Assembly: GCA_047495785.1 (NCBI GenBank)
Contig: JBLDXI010000026.1
Coordinates: 868,001 to 932,000, forward strand
Reading direction: 5' to 3'
From: Lepidodermella squamata
Taxonomy: Eukaryota > Animalia > Gastrotricha
Length of the DNA stretch: 64,000 nt
Both the position numbers and the translations under genes were made by a program. Shown here one piece after another: positions 1-12,303 of the stretch. Within the stretch, counting starts at the first letter, position 1, and the number at the start of each line of letters is the position of its first letter. A model generated the notes under the pieces. It did not search any database, was not told the origin of the DNA, and was given only the letters and a program-made list of their open reading frames with translations.

Positions 1-312
1 CATCCCCATATTGGCATGCACGAATTTGATCGTGGATGAAGGTGATACAACCGCTAATCCCTATATTTTTATCATTTACGAATACGGAGGACGGAGACTT
101 GCCAGTACTATACTAAGTACTAAGTAGTAGTCCCAACTGAGCGATTATCCTAAGAGTATGGAGCCACGGCACTATGATGGTGACAGTCCCAGGCTGTAGT
201 TAATCGCCAAGCTCTTTGAACCCGCTTGAGTTGTAACCACCTTACAACATTTTTCAGCATGGTTCGAAAAGAAAAGGAAGATGTTAAAGTTTTAGTAAAA
301 AATAGCAAATAC

Positions 313-1145
313 CGGAAATTCTCCCAAAACAGTAAAAATTGTTCCCACGATAATAGTGACTGTGAGAGAATTCTGTTGGTGTTGATGCTTCAAGTTTCGG
401 GTTTGGTCTTTGATACCAAGTTTCACGCATTTCGACGATCGATAAGCCGTAGCAATCAGCAGAGAATTAAGCATGACCATGGAAGTAAGGCAGCCTGAAA
501 AAAACCATAAAAGCTTAACTCTCAATAGTCGAACAACAGTTCAACACAACCTATGTTGTAGAAGAAGAATCGAATGATCGAGTACCTGTGAAGATAATAG
601 TCAAATGTACTGAAAAACAGGTATCCGCTGCATCTCAAGGGCGGCTCCGACCCGAACTCGATCATTCGAGGATAATTCAATAGCGTGACCATCAAAATAT
701 AAGAAATTGTAGTCGCTTGTTGTCGTTGTTGCATCAAATTTCCTAGCAACGAAGATTTGTTGTGTCGAATGAAGAAATATCGATGGATTGCATATGCTAG
801 GGTGAACACGAGGGATTGAGTGCAAGTCCAACTTAGAAGCGGCCAAACGAAGTAGGACCACACCGGGCAAGCCCAAGATTCGCCTTGATAATGGAGCAGA
901 AACATCAACCAAAGCCATTGCCTGAGTAACGCGAGCATTTGAACAGCGGCCAGAAAGGTGAGATTAACACAGCTAGGCGACATGAAGTGGTTGGATTCTC
1001 GCAGAATTAGAAAATTGAAGATGTTTCCGCTGAACCCAATCAAGTCGAGGCATGGCAGAATGTAGCCGAGGCCTATTATGACTAAGGGCGAGTTATCACC
1101 GGAAAGTTTCCAGCAGTTCTCAGGATTGGGGACAGTGGAGTTCAT
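313..1145 (-). pseudogene. Rhodopsin-class 7TM GPCR, paralog 1, probably degenerate (exons 1145-551, 494-313; last exon not recognisable in window)
   Basis: Close paralog of 5675-6890 with the same intron positions (YNIG|CL, GEFP|V). SPxYxYL is altered to SPSCVNL, there is a 2-aa deletion in TM4 and a transposon 8 bp upstream of the ATG. Sequence after the putative acceptor near 240 does not match exon 3 of the paralogs. Confidence 0.7.
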
Positions 1146-1153
1146 GAATAACG

Positions 1154-2366
1154 CCCTAGTGAAAATATCGGGTAAAATTTTTCAAAGCCACCCTAGTGAA
1201 AATTTCGATTGCAGAATATTGCAAAATTTAGTGTTTTTAAGGCCATTTTCCGGCTTTCAGATTACCGCATAATAGATAATAGAGCACTTTTTGAGACCCC
1301 CAAACGAGACTAATCTGAATTTTGGCTTGGATACGACGGTGTGCAGAATTCAGAATACGCAATTTTACAATATGACAGCTGTGTTATAGCTATACTAGGA
1401 TAGCCAATTTACCGGTTTTCCTGTATTTTTATGTCAAATATCGAACCGTATAGGTACTGTATAGGTAACGTATGGTGGGTGGCAGGCCATTTTCCAGACA
1501 CCTTAGGCCTTTTGGGCAGCAGGGGGACCCTCACGTGCCATCAAGTGCCGCAACTCGAAAAATGCAAAAATCTTCAAAATTGTATGGGCATTTTTACTTT
1601 GGGTGTGGGTCATAAGGTGAAATTATTCAAAACCAGTAAATTCGTTTGCATATGCACCACTGCCCTAAACCAAAACCTATAAGTCCACGCCAATGAGCAT
1701 GGTTAAATTTGCCAAAATGCATTTTACTCGTTAGCAAATGTAAAATAACGCATTCTTGGGTTTCACTGAACCCTGCTTAAAGTGGCTTTGAAAAATTTTA
1801 CCCCATATTTTCACTAGGGGCACTTTAAGCAAGGTTCAGTGAAACCCTGCTTAAAGTGGCTTTGAAAAATTTTACCCCATATTTTCACTAGGGGCACTTT
1901 AAGCAAGGTTCAGTGAAACCCTGCTTAAAGTGGCTTTGAAAAATTTTACCCCATATTTTCACTAGGGGCACTTTAAGCAAGGTTCAGTGAAACCCAAGAA
2001 TGCGTTATTTTACATTTGCTAACGAGTAAAATGCATTTTGGCAAATTTAACCATGCTCATTGGCGTGGACTTATAGGTTTTGGTTTAGGGCAGTGGTGCA
2101 TATGCAAACGAATTTACTGGTTTTGAATAATTTCACCTTATGACCCACACCCAAAGTAAAAATGCCCATACAATTTTAATGATTTCCACATTTTTCGAGT
2201 TGCGGCACTTGATGGCCCTGAGGGCCCCCAGCTGCCCAAAAGGCCTAAAAGGTGTCTTGTTTGGGGGTCTCAAAAAGTGCTCTATTATGCGGTAATCTGA
2301 AAGCCGGAAAATGGCCTTAAAAACACTAAATTTTGCAATATTCTGCAATCGAAATTTTCACTAGGG
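1154..2366. mobile_element. Non-autonomous DNA transposon (CCC...GGG ends, 2-bp CG TSD, CMC/EnSpm-like) with a second copy of itself nested in opposite orientation
   Basis: Ends ccctagtgaaaat / attttcactaggg are flanked by CG on both sides. Removing it gives gaataacgccttatt, resembling the empty site gattatgcctcatt upstream of the paralog at 6891. Long internal inverted repeats. Confidence 0.85.
1769..1995. repeat. 74-bp tandem repeat, about 3 copies, at the centre of the foldback
   Basis: gaaaccc recurs at 1841, 1915 and 1989 (period 74); the unit includes tggctttgaaaaattttaccccatattttcactaggggcactttaagc. Confidence 0.95.
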
Positions 2367-2861
2367 CGCCTTATTGCTGACCGGATTTTTTTCAGAATGC
2401 ATTAAGAAAATTGCATTAATTTTTTTTTGAAGAGGCTGACTTCTGACTTCTATAAATAGCCGCAATGAGTGATAATCAGATCGATGGAAACACTCTTCGG
2501 AGTCTAAAAATGATAAAATAAGCTGCTGAAATAAGAGCTGAAAGCTTAATCTGCGTTGAGATTAGTACTTTCATTATATGGTGGGATAATTATTTAGACA
2601 ATTGCCCCGGCAACGCCACTGTACAATCCCTGGATAAAAACTTATTCACTGTGTATTTTCATAAATCCGCGATGTATTATGAATTATCGATACCTACTTG
2701 TTTCTGAATTACTAAATGCAAAGAACGATTTTTGGATTTAATATCAAGTAGGTGCGAAATTGGTGCAAAGAACAATCAGGTAGAACCTTTAATCGAAGGA
2801 TCGCGGAGACGCAGCCAGTATGATGCAACCGCGACTTTCGCGACATCAGCAAGGCGCGTTT

Positions 2862-3360
2862 ACTACAAACGTTGAGCTCAAGCTCAGCAGCTCGTCGGTA
2901 TATGACCATGGACAGTTTTAGGTCTAGGTCTTTCATGTATACCTGAAATAGGGAGAGGAGAGCAAGTAATGCTAGGAAAGCGGCGCGATTGTGAGTCTAC
3001 CAATAATAGCTTGCGTTCAGCAATTAAGCGAGTAATCGTCATACCTGATTACCTTAATTTCTAAGCCGTTCTTCAAAGTGTCAGCCATTCTGAATGATTC
3101 AAAATCAACAATTTGAAGCTGAAACCGATGGAAAAAGATCTTATTCGGCTCTGCGATAGCTAACTTATCACGATACGAGTCTCCGAAACTCCACCGCAAT
3201 TTCTATCACGGTCATTTTAAACAGTGGTGACTGCCCTAGTCATTTGTATTGCTGATGAGTCACTCGAGTCTGGGCCAACACTCTCAAACTGCTTCCTTAC
3301 AGCTCTAGGTCCATGGTCATATACCGACGAGTTGCTGAGTTTGAGCTCATTGTTTGTAGT
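2862..3360. mobile_element. MITE-like segment bounded by ~50-bp inverted repeats
   Basis: actacaaacgttgagctcaagctcagcagctcgtcggtatatgaccatggac (2862-2913) is near reverse-complementary to 3309-3360; not seen in the paralogous interval at 7.2-8.3 kb. Confidence 0.6.
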
Positions 3361-3596
3361 CATCGCACCTGTAACTGTTGTTACAGTTAAACAGCAGCTA
3401 CAGCAAATTTCGACCTCTTTGTATCGTGATGATTTATGATGTCGTGGCCTCTAGAAAATGGGTTCAGTTAAAAATGGAAAGATCTCAAAATATGCTGGGA
3501 TATCAGTAATCATAATTACTTGTTCGTGATCAATCTCATTCTTACTTTCATATTCCAACCACAAAACACTGCAATGATCCCCATAATCCTATAATT

Positions 3597-4777
3597 TCAC
3601 ATAAGATATAGAACAAAAGGACTAATAGCACTGAGAAGAAGAGCTAGGACAAAAATAGCATGTCAGTCATAAAAATCCGTCGTTTCACTGCAGATTCATC
3701 CAATTTCTTCGCCACGATAATTTGACTGGCAAAACCGTCCAGAAAAAACAACACCCCTATCGATTCAGCTATCAAAGCCGTGTTAATCCCAGACAGCACG
3801 GTGATGTACATTAACAGGGCTGAATTCGCAACTTTCGGCACACTGCTCGTCACAGTAGTTTGAATAATCCAAAAAGCGAGTAGGATCGTCGTCAAAAAAC
3901 TAGCACGGTCTGGCGAATGAGGGAAAAAGAGCGCAGTTAGCTGTAAAATCGCGATGATGACACAAGGTATAATAATCGTTTGGACATGGTAGTTTGGAAT
4001 TCTTTCAGCCGTCATTCGGATTGTGACGTAATTCCGGTAATTTGCTCCCTTCTGCTCGATGATTTCAATATCAACGAGGCGCCAAATTGGGCCGAATAGC
4101 GACGCATTTTCCTTGCCGAAGATGTAGTCGACGGAATCTAGGCCTGATCTTACTTTAAAATCAGCATTCAAATCGACTTGATGGTCGTGAAGAATTGGAA
4201 CCCAGGTGAAGTCGCACGAGTGTTTATCAAAGGGAAATAATCGAATTCCTTTCTCGAGATGGCAATCAGCGGCGAAAATACTGAAGATATACCACGTGCA
4301 GTAACTGGGCCTTGTAGTATTTAACGAATTTGCCCATGCAATTGTCACCTGGCTGTTACCCCTTATCGATGAAAATAAGTCTGGGTTATTAGGATCGGAA
4401 GACTGTGTTAGGATTGGCACCCAAATCGATGTTGCTGGGACTGCGTGGACGACAGGAATTGTTGTATTAGCTGGGCCTAATTTCGTTATATAATCATCCT
4501 GCCAAACTTGCTTCAGCCGACCGGAGAAGTACATGATTTCGCGAGTGTCGTCAATGCCGTGGTAACTAACGATGCTTATTGAAAGATTAGAGACGAGAGG
4601 GTATCTGCCGTTGTTGGTCGGAAGTGGCTGGGTGGTGCTTGGGTATGTTTCAAGAAGATCTTTTGATAACCGCTCAGTTTCAGCCTGAACTTGCTGCATC
4701 TCTTTGAGTGTTTTTAATTCGTAACCGGTTAAGCTGTGAAAGCATAAAATCAGCAGTAGTAGATGAGGCATAAGCAT
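3597..4777 (-). CDS. Intronless Cys-loop (pentameric) ligand-gated ion channel subunit, copy 1; 1-bp frameshift near 3651 truncates M4
   Basis: Signal peptide, WQD and IWVP motifs, Cys-loop CHLEKGIRLFPFDKHSC, pre-M1 ERIPNY, M1-M3. A5 at 3651-3655 versus A6 in copy 2; correcting it restores M4 and the stop at 3597-3599. Confidence 0.9.
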
Positions 4778-5674
4778 CTCTAAAAATCAGAAAAACAACT
4801 AAACTGCAGCCAAAAAACCTAACGAATTCCTAAATCCAATGAATGTCGCAAAGGTAATTGTGAATAAACAAAAGAAATAAGGCAAATTTAAGTTGCGTCA
4901 TACAGCCAATTAATTTTCATATTCGCTATTTCAAGACTATATTATGGCACAAAGTTTCGCAGTCTTCGCACCAAAGACTGTCGAAAATCGAAAATGATTG
5001 TGAGGAATATCAATGCAAGGACCAGTCTGCCCTCTCTGTAACAAAAGTTGAATTTCAAAGACAAGCCTGATTTTTCAAGTAATTTCACCTGAAGATATTT
5101 CAGGAAAACTTTGGACGCCTAGCCTTTACAATTTTTGCGCCAACATAACAAATTTTCAAAAATGTCCCCATATTTGACAAAACCGAAGCATAAAACCGGC
5201 AGAGTGTATATTTGGTTAATATTTGCTCTGTATCGTCATAGCAGCCGGGTAATATGCCATTAATATGATTCTTTGAAATTGACTTTTTTGAAGTTCCTTG
5301 CTAAGTAATTTACAGCGGAGGATCTGCCTGTGAAACCAGTTTTTCAAAATTCGACTGGGAACATGATGTGCCACCTACATCCAGGCTCTCGCCATAATTT
5401 ATATGGTTGAATTTGCCATTATAATGGCTTTTACACTCGCTTTTATTTGCTGGTTTTTAACCGCGGTATCTTTCCGCTTCGTCTCTAATGGGGTGGGTAA
5501 TTGTGTTTGGCCACCCCATTCGACAAAGGGCAAAGGGCAGAAAAATAAACCGCGATCGATGCACAATTGGAATATTTGTTTTCAGAGCACGTTATTTGAT
5601 TGATCGACAATTTATTAGTTTGATAAGTTTTTCGATTTCATATCTTTTCTCGTGTCTGTATTATTGGAGAAGTC

Positions 5675-6890
5675 CTAGTTTTCTGGGTTGTATTGCAGCC
5701 GAGACTTAGACGAGTGCACCAATTTCACCATGGATAGAGAAGCTGATTCATAAGGCGTTGTGTTTTTGCCGAAAATATTAGCAATTTTAGCGATGAGAAG
5801 CCGGCGAAAATGGTGATTTGCGATGAAGTGAATGAAAAAGTTGGCGCTGTATTCCAAGAAACCAAGTACCATAGCGATGTAGAGACACTTTCGGAGAATA
5901 ATCTTATCGAGTATGTCAAATCGCTCCCATATCAAAACATTGGTTATCGGGTTGACAAAAGTCACCTGCAAGCAAAAAAGAATCGATAATGCGAAAGTTT
6001 CCAACAACAGTTATTATAACATCATAGAAGTAATGTTACTAAAAATATTACCGAAATTTCTCCGAAAACGGAGAAAATTGTTCCAATAATGATGGTAATT
6101 GTGAGGGCATTTTGCTGGCTTTGATTCCTCGAATGTCGAGTTTTATTTCTGCTTGAGTCATATTTCCGGTGTTTAGACGACCGATACACCGTAGCTATTA
6201 GTAAACTATTGAATATCACGAGTGACGAGAGACAGCCTGGTAACAAATATATTTAAAATAAAAAGCCATGAATGTCATTTCAACACAACCTATGTTGTAG
6301 ACGAAGAATCGAATGATGGAGTAAATGTGAAAGTAATAGTCAAAGGTACTGTTAAATCGATATCCACTACATTTCGAAGGCGGCTTCGACCCGAACGCGA
6401 TCATTCGAGGGAAATTTAAAACCGTGACCGTGGCCATTAAAATATAACAAATTTTCGTCGCTTGTTGTCGCTGTTGCATCAAATTTGCTGGTAACGATGA
6501 TTTGTTTTGTCGAACGAAGAAATATCGGTGGATTGTATATGCTAGGGTGAACACGAGGGATTGAGTGCAGGTCCAACTTAGAAGCGGCCAACTGAAGTAG
6601 GACCACACTGGGTATGTCCAAGACTCGCCATGAAAATGCAGCAGTAAGACCACCAAAAACCATTGCCCAATTAACGTAAACATTTGAATGGCGGCCAGGA
6701 AGGTGAGGTAAACATAGCTAGGGGATTTGAAGTGGTTAGAATCTCGTAGAATCAGAAAATTGAAGGTATTTCCAATGAATCCAATCACGTGAAGGCATGG
6801 CAGGACGTAGCCGAGGCCGATTATGACTAAGGGTGAGTCGTCACGAGCAAGTTTCCAGCAATTTTTAGGATTGATAGCAGTTGAGTTCAT
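5675..6890 (-). CDS. Rhodopsin-class 7TM GPCR, paralog 2 (exons 6890-6290, 6236-6052, 5965-5675)
   Basis: TM1 GFIGN, SPSYVYL, TM3 YTIHRY (DRY equivalent), TM7 EYSANFFIH; in-phase GT-AG introns. Confidence 0.9.
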
Positions 6891-7676
6891 GATTATGCCT
6901 CATTTTTTCTGACCGGAATTTTTTCAGAATGCGTTGACCACATCTTTCTGAAGAGACTTCTGGTCATAAGGACCGGCAATGAATGATAACCAGAGCGAAC
7001 CCTTCACCGGAAACACCAGTCAATTTATCAAATAAGCTGATGAAATGAGAGCTGAAATCTCAATCTTCGATAACAATAAAACTTTTCATTTTCTGATGGG
7101 ACTATCTATATACGATTTTCCGCGTCGCCAATTAAATCCCTGGAAAAAAGCTTATTACCATTTTATTTTTATATAAATCCGCTACGTAATGAAGGATATA
7201 TGTGCCTTCTATGCTTCATCGTTTCTGAATGACTTGTCGCAAAGCCGGCTACAGTTGACGCAGGCTACAGTTTTTGGACATTCACAGTAGAGTTGAAGAA
7301 GTAGCTCGGGCTTTTAACAATCAACAGTATGGGCTAGTATTTAGGATGGGTCTATGGATCTAGAACGGCTTATGGCACAGACAGCCTGCAGGCAACAACT
7401 GTTATCGTGGGTTTGTAATCTGGGTATAAGCTGGTTAAGGTAAAAGGGAAAGAAATCCACTATTAGTCCACTATTAGTCCGAAGGAAGCATTTTTTGAGA
7501 TAAGCGAGCAACAATGACGCTGCATACATACGATGGGCTCAAACTCAACAGAGTGTCAGTCAATATGGCAATAGACTCCCGGTGGCAGCAGGTTCAGAGT
7601 GTTAAACTTGGGCGATATTTATCAGCAACACGAATGGCTGGATTAGTCACCCCTGATTCGAATGAGTGTGGTGAAA

Positions 7677-7876
7677 ATATCGCGACTTCCGCGCCAGAAC
7701 AGTGTGCCGGAAATAGAAACAAATGGCGTAAAACTAACTTTTTGCATCTTCGCCAAGTCAGTCGCGTGCCTGATCGCTGGAAAAAAAGTTGAACGCCAGT
7801 TTTTTCTGCGCATCAAATGCATTACGCCATTTGTTTCTATTTCCGGCACACTGTTCTGGTGCGGAAGTCGCGATAT
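7677..7876. repeat. ~55-bp inverted repeat with ~90-bp spacer (MITE-like hairpin)
   Basis: atatcgcgacttccgcgccagaacagtgtgccggaaatagaaacaaatggcgtaa and its reverse complement at 7822-7876 (one mismatch). Confidence 0.85.
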
Positions 7877-8380
7877 GTACAATCTGCAGATCCGGGCAGC
7901 CTTGGGATCAGCGGGAAATATTCGCGAAATTTGAAGCATTTTTAGACTACGTCTAAAACAATAAGGAGAAAAATCGATTCGAAGGCATGTTTGGCCCGTC
8001 CGAAAATACCGAATCTTGGGAATCGAACAAATCTAAATATTAGGTTTGGGGACAGGCTTTTGGGGACATGGTATTACATGAATTCAACGGTTTTGGGGTA
8101 TCGAAAAATCTAAATTGAAGATTCTAGGCCGATTCTATGTGTGCATAGAGGCGGTCGAGATGCACCCCCAGTAAAAAATATCAAGTCACGGCTTTGGAGT
8201 TGAAATGCCTTGTCAGGGAAAATGAAAATGTTGAAAATGGCGGGGAAATACTGATGAAAATGGGGAACTCTCAGACTCTGCATAGGGAGCACATTTTTTT
8301 CTTCAGGATCATCGCAATTTTCACAGTCTTACTTTATTCCAGCCATAAATTACTGCATTGATTCCCATCATCCTCGAATT

Positions 8381-9562
8381 TCACATAAGAAATAGAACGA
8401 AAGGACTGATAGCACTGAGAAGAAGAGCTAGGACAAAAAATAGCATGTCAGTCATAAAAATCCGCCGTTTCACTACAGATTCATCCAATTTCTTCGCCAC
8501 GATAATTTGACTGGCGAAACCTTCGAGGAAAAACAACACCCCTATCGATTCGGCTATCAAAGCCGTGTTAATCCCAGACAACACGGTGATGTACATCAAC
8601 AGGGCTGAATTCGCTACTTTCGGCACACTGCTCGTCACAGTAGTTTGAATAATCCAAAAGGCGAGTAGGATCGTCGTTAAAAAACTAGCACGGTCAGGCG
8701 AGTGTGGGAAAAATAGGGCGGTCAATTGTAAAATCGCGATGATGACACAAGGTATAATAATCGTTTGCACGTGGTAATCCGGAATTCTTTCCGCCGTCAT
8801 TCGAATGGTGACATAATTCCGGTAATTGGCGCCCTTTTTCTCGATGATTTCAATGTCGACGAGGCGCCAAATTGGGCCGAATAACGACGCATTTTCTTTT
8901 CCGAACATGTAGTCGACAGCATCTAGTCCTGACTTTATGCTGGAATCGGCGTTTATATCGACTTGATGGTCGTGAAGAATTGGAACCCAGGTGAAGTCGC
9001 ACGAATGTTTATCGAATGGAAACAGCCGAATTCCCTCCTCGAGATGACATTCAGCAGAAAAAATGCTAAAAATCCACCATGTGTTGTAGCAAGGTCTCGA
9101 GGAATTTGCCGAGTTTGACCAAGTTACTGTTACCGCAGCATCACCTCTGACTACTGAAAACAAGTCTGGGTTATTAGGATCGGATGATTGAGTGAAGATT
9201 GGCACCCAAATCGATGAGGCCGGTACGGCGTGGTTGATAGGAATTGATGAGTTAGCTGGGCCTAATTTCGTTATATAATCATCCTGCCAAACCTGTTTCA
9301 GCCGACCGGAAAAGGACATGATTTCACGGTAGTCATCAATGCCGTGGAAACTGACGATTCCTATTGAAAAGTTCGAGACAAGGGGGTATCTGCCGTTGTT
9401 GGTCGGAAGTGGCTGAGTGGTGCTTGGGTAAGTATCGAGAAGAGCTTTTGATAACCGCTCAGTTTCAGCCTGAACTTGCTGCATCTCTTCAAATGTTTTC
9501 AGCTCATAACTGGTAAAGCGGTGAAAGCGCGCAATCAGCAGAAGTAGGTAAGGCAATAGCAT
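8381..9562 (-). CDS. Intronless Cys-loop ligand-gated ion channel subunit, copy 2 (intact)
   Basis: ATG at 9562 (MLLPYLLLL signal peptide), Cys-loop CHLEEGIRLFPFDKHSC, four TM helices, very short M3-M4 loop. Confidence 0.92.
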   Translation of the reverse strand: MLLPYLLLLIARFHRFTSYELKTFEEMQQVQAETERLSKALLDTYPSTTQPLPTNNGRYPLVSNFSIGIVSFHGIDDYREIMSFSGRLKQVWQDDYITKLGPANSSIPINHAVPASSIWVPIFTQSSDPNNPDLFSVVRGDAAVTVTWSNSANSSRPCYNTWWIFSIFSAECHLEEGIRLFPFDKHSCDFTWVPILHDHQVDINADSSIKSGLDAVDYMFGKENASLFGPIWRLVDIEIIEKKGANYRNYVTIRMTAERIPDYHVQTIIIPCVIIAILQLTALFFPHSPDRASFLTTILLAFWIIQTTVTSSVPKVANSALLMYITVLSGINTALIAESIGVLFFLEGFASQIIVAKKLDESVVKRRIFMTDMLFFVLALLLSAISPFVLFLM

Positions 9563-10521
9563 CTTCAAAAACGTGTGAACTAGCTGCAGATACCTGTAGT
9601 TGTTCCTAAACCCAAGCGAAGAAGTAATGGTGAACAAACAAAAGAAAAAAGGGGAAAATCAAGTTGGCATTCATACACCCAATTAATTTTCATATTCGCT
9701 GTTTGAAGTTTATATTACTGTAGGGTGTGGAAATTTTGGACAAAACCATGTATTTTCGAGGATTTAAAATCAGTCCTGATTCAGAAATCGATGATTTTCG
9801 GTTCGAACGTGTGTAACGTGATTATTACGATTTATCTGTAAACTTTGGTGATTTTACAGTTATTTCCTGATTTTTGGCGATCAGAATCAGGATCGAATCG
9901 ATTTATGAATAAAGTTGAAATTCTAGACAATTATGCGATTTAAAGAATATTTTCACCTGCGCCAATTTTTGTCTCAATACGCCTGTCAATACGCTCTATA
10001 TAACAAGAAGTATTTATCCCATGCTCATCCGAAAAATCGGCAAAGTGTATATTGGGCTCCGCATGAATCTGGATTAATAATTGCTCCGGTTATATCGCAA
10101 AATGCCCGTAATATTGTAATATTTTTCGGATGTATTTATAAATGTTCCATCTTATTCACGGACCTTTCGCAATCAATCAAAATAAATTCGAACTGGAATG
10201 ACCCCTGTTCTGGAAATCTAGATTACCCGAGGTCGTAGAACTGTAATAAAAAATGGAAAGTCGAACGCCCCAATTTTCAATCGCCAACATGTAAAAGTTG
10301 CGTCTTTATCCTTTTAATCTCTACGCATTTGGCACCCAGACATGACGAAAACTGATCAAACATCGTCTTAAAAAAACAAGCCTATTCATAGGAAAACAGC
10401 AGTCGATAATGTTTTTATTATTCACCTGAGAGACAATTTCTTGAAATGAGTTGAAGTTCGCACTCTCAAAAGTAAAAACTTGTTTGGAAAAAGCTCAGAA
10501 GAGCTAATTTTATTCCCGCTA

Positions 10522-12303
10522 ATGGATGAAACTAATCAAACAACCGTGCGAAATGTTACCTGCTGGAAACTGACCCCGGACGACTCGCCATTCGTTATAA
10601 TAGGCCTCGGTTATTTACTGCCAACCGGCCATTTACTCGGAATGGTATTCAACGCAGTCAACATTGCGATTCTCAAAAATTCAAACATTTTTCGATCGCC
10701 AACTTACGTTTATTTGACATTTCTCGCCGCTATTCACATGCTGACCCTACTCGGCCAGTTCATTTTCGTCGTTTCAACTCTTCACTTCCGAGGCGCGTCC
10801 CTACTATGGCCGTTCCTATCCTATGTTGTCTGGCCGTTATCAAGCTGGTCTTGCACCCAATCTGTCGTATTTTCCGTAGCCTACACCGTCGAACGGTACT
10901 ATTTCGTCACGAAAAACACGTTTTCGCTACAAGACACTAATACTTTGGCAATAAGACGCCGGCAGGCCTATCGAAATTGCTTTGTCATCATGATTTTTGT
11001 GACAATTTTGAACTTTCCAAGAATGATGGCCTATGGCTCGAAACCGCCGTCGAAATGTTCGAATTACCGGTTTAAAAGCGATTTCGACTTTTATTTTTTC
11101 ATCTACTCGATAGTTCGCTTCATTGTTCACAACATAGGTAGGTAAAACAATTATGGGTCGTTATATTCGAAACTTATACGCGTTTTTTTATATTCGCCCT
11201 TGGACGGCTACGCATCTCATCTAGAAGGTTCAGATAACCTGAAACTTCAGATAAAGGTTCAGAGATCTAATTGGCCTGTAAAAACATGAAATTAGGGTTG
11301 GAAAGTTCAAGAAACCTGAAAGGCCTCGAACCTTAGATCGAACTCTATGGAAATATGGAAAGACTCCTGGTTTTGCCAAAACTGATTAGGACTCTTATTT
11401 CATCTAAAAGGCCGAGCTAACCTTTCCTCATCAAATTTGCTGGTAAAATCAGGAGCCAATTCCTATGCTCATAAAGCTCAATCGAAAGCTCGGGACCTTT
11501 TAGGTTTCCCGAGCTTTCCAACCCAAATATCAGGTTTTCGCCAGCAACTTTGATAGTCCAAGTTATCTCAGCTTTCTAGGTGAGATATGATTTTTACTCA
11601 GCTTTAAAAGCAGAATATGTGGATAAAAAACTTCGAATTTTAGGTGACCGGAAAGCCATTAAGTAAGAATATCAAAAATCGCGTACTTATTCAAGTATCA
11701 ACAACAATTATTTTTAAATCCAATTATATGTTTTTCATCTAAAAGGCTGTATTGCAACCCTTATCGTTTACAATTCGCTGTTGATTGCGGCTGTTTACCG
11801 CGGAAAAGAGCTGAAATCAGCCAATTCGCCGATGATGATACGGCAAAATAAGCATCAAAGGACGTTGAGTATGACCGTTATCGCTGCCACTTTCACGACT
11901 ATATTCGCCGAAATTCCAGCAAGTTTTCAGAATTTCTGAATTTTGAACTTGAATTTTTTGAAATTTTTTTAAGGTGGTCCTTTTCAATCCGATAACTGAA
12001 ATGTTAATATGGGACAGGCTGGACATGGCAACGCCGAGTTTCGTGACGGCGATAACCTATTCAGTTATGATCATCTTGTTCATCGAATACAGCGCTAATT
12101 TCTTCATTTATTTCATTGGAAATCGTAAATTTCGAGAAATTCTTTTGAGCAAGCTGCGGAGACGGCATAATCACCGTCAAAGCAATAATAACGTTAGCGG
12201 CAGTGAATTTCAGTCTCTAAGTCTAACGGACCTTGTGCTGTCAACTGGTAAAATTGCGAATGCTACAGCATCGCTGGGAAGCTTAGCAAAAATTAACAGA
12301 TAA
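10522..12303 (+). CDS. Rhodopsin-class 7TM GPCR, paralog 3 (exons 10522-11137, 11746-11918, 11974-12303; intron 2 is GC-AG)
   Basis: SPTYVYL, YTVERY, EYSANFFIY; open in-phase exons at the same positions as in paralogs. Confidence 0.92.
11212..11589. mobile_element. MITE-like element in GPCR intron; partial second copy near 34975-35135
   Basis: Imperfect terminal inverted repeats (catctcatctagaagg / ctttctaggtgagatatg); core ctcatcaaatttgct.gtaaaatcaggagc is shared with ~34980. Confidence 0.55.

Noticed and set aside
1769-1995. CRISPR-like regular repeats
   Set aside because: Units are identical head-to-tail with no unique spacers, derive from transposon ends, and the context is eukaryotic with no cas genes.
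2712-3439. Short ORFs between GPCR 1 and channel 1
   Set aside because: No recognisable domain; they overlap an inverted-repeat element not seen in the duplicated module.
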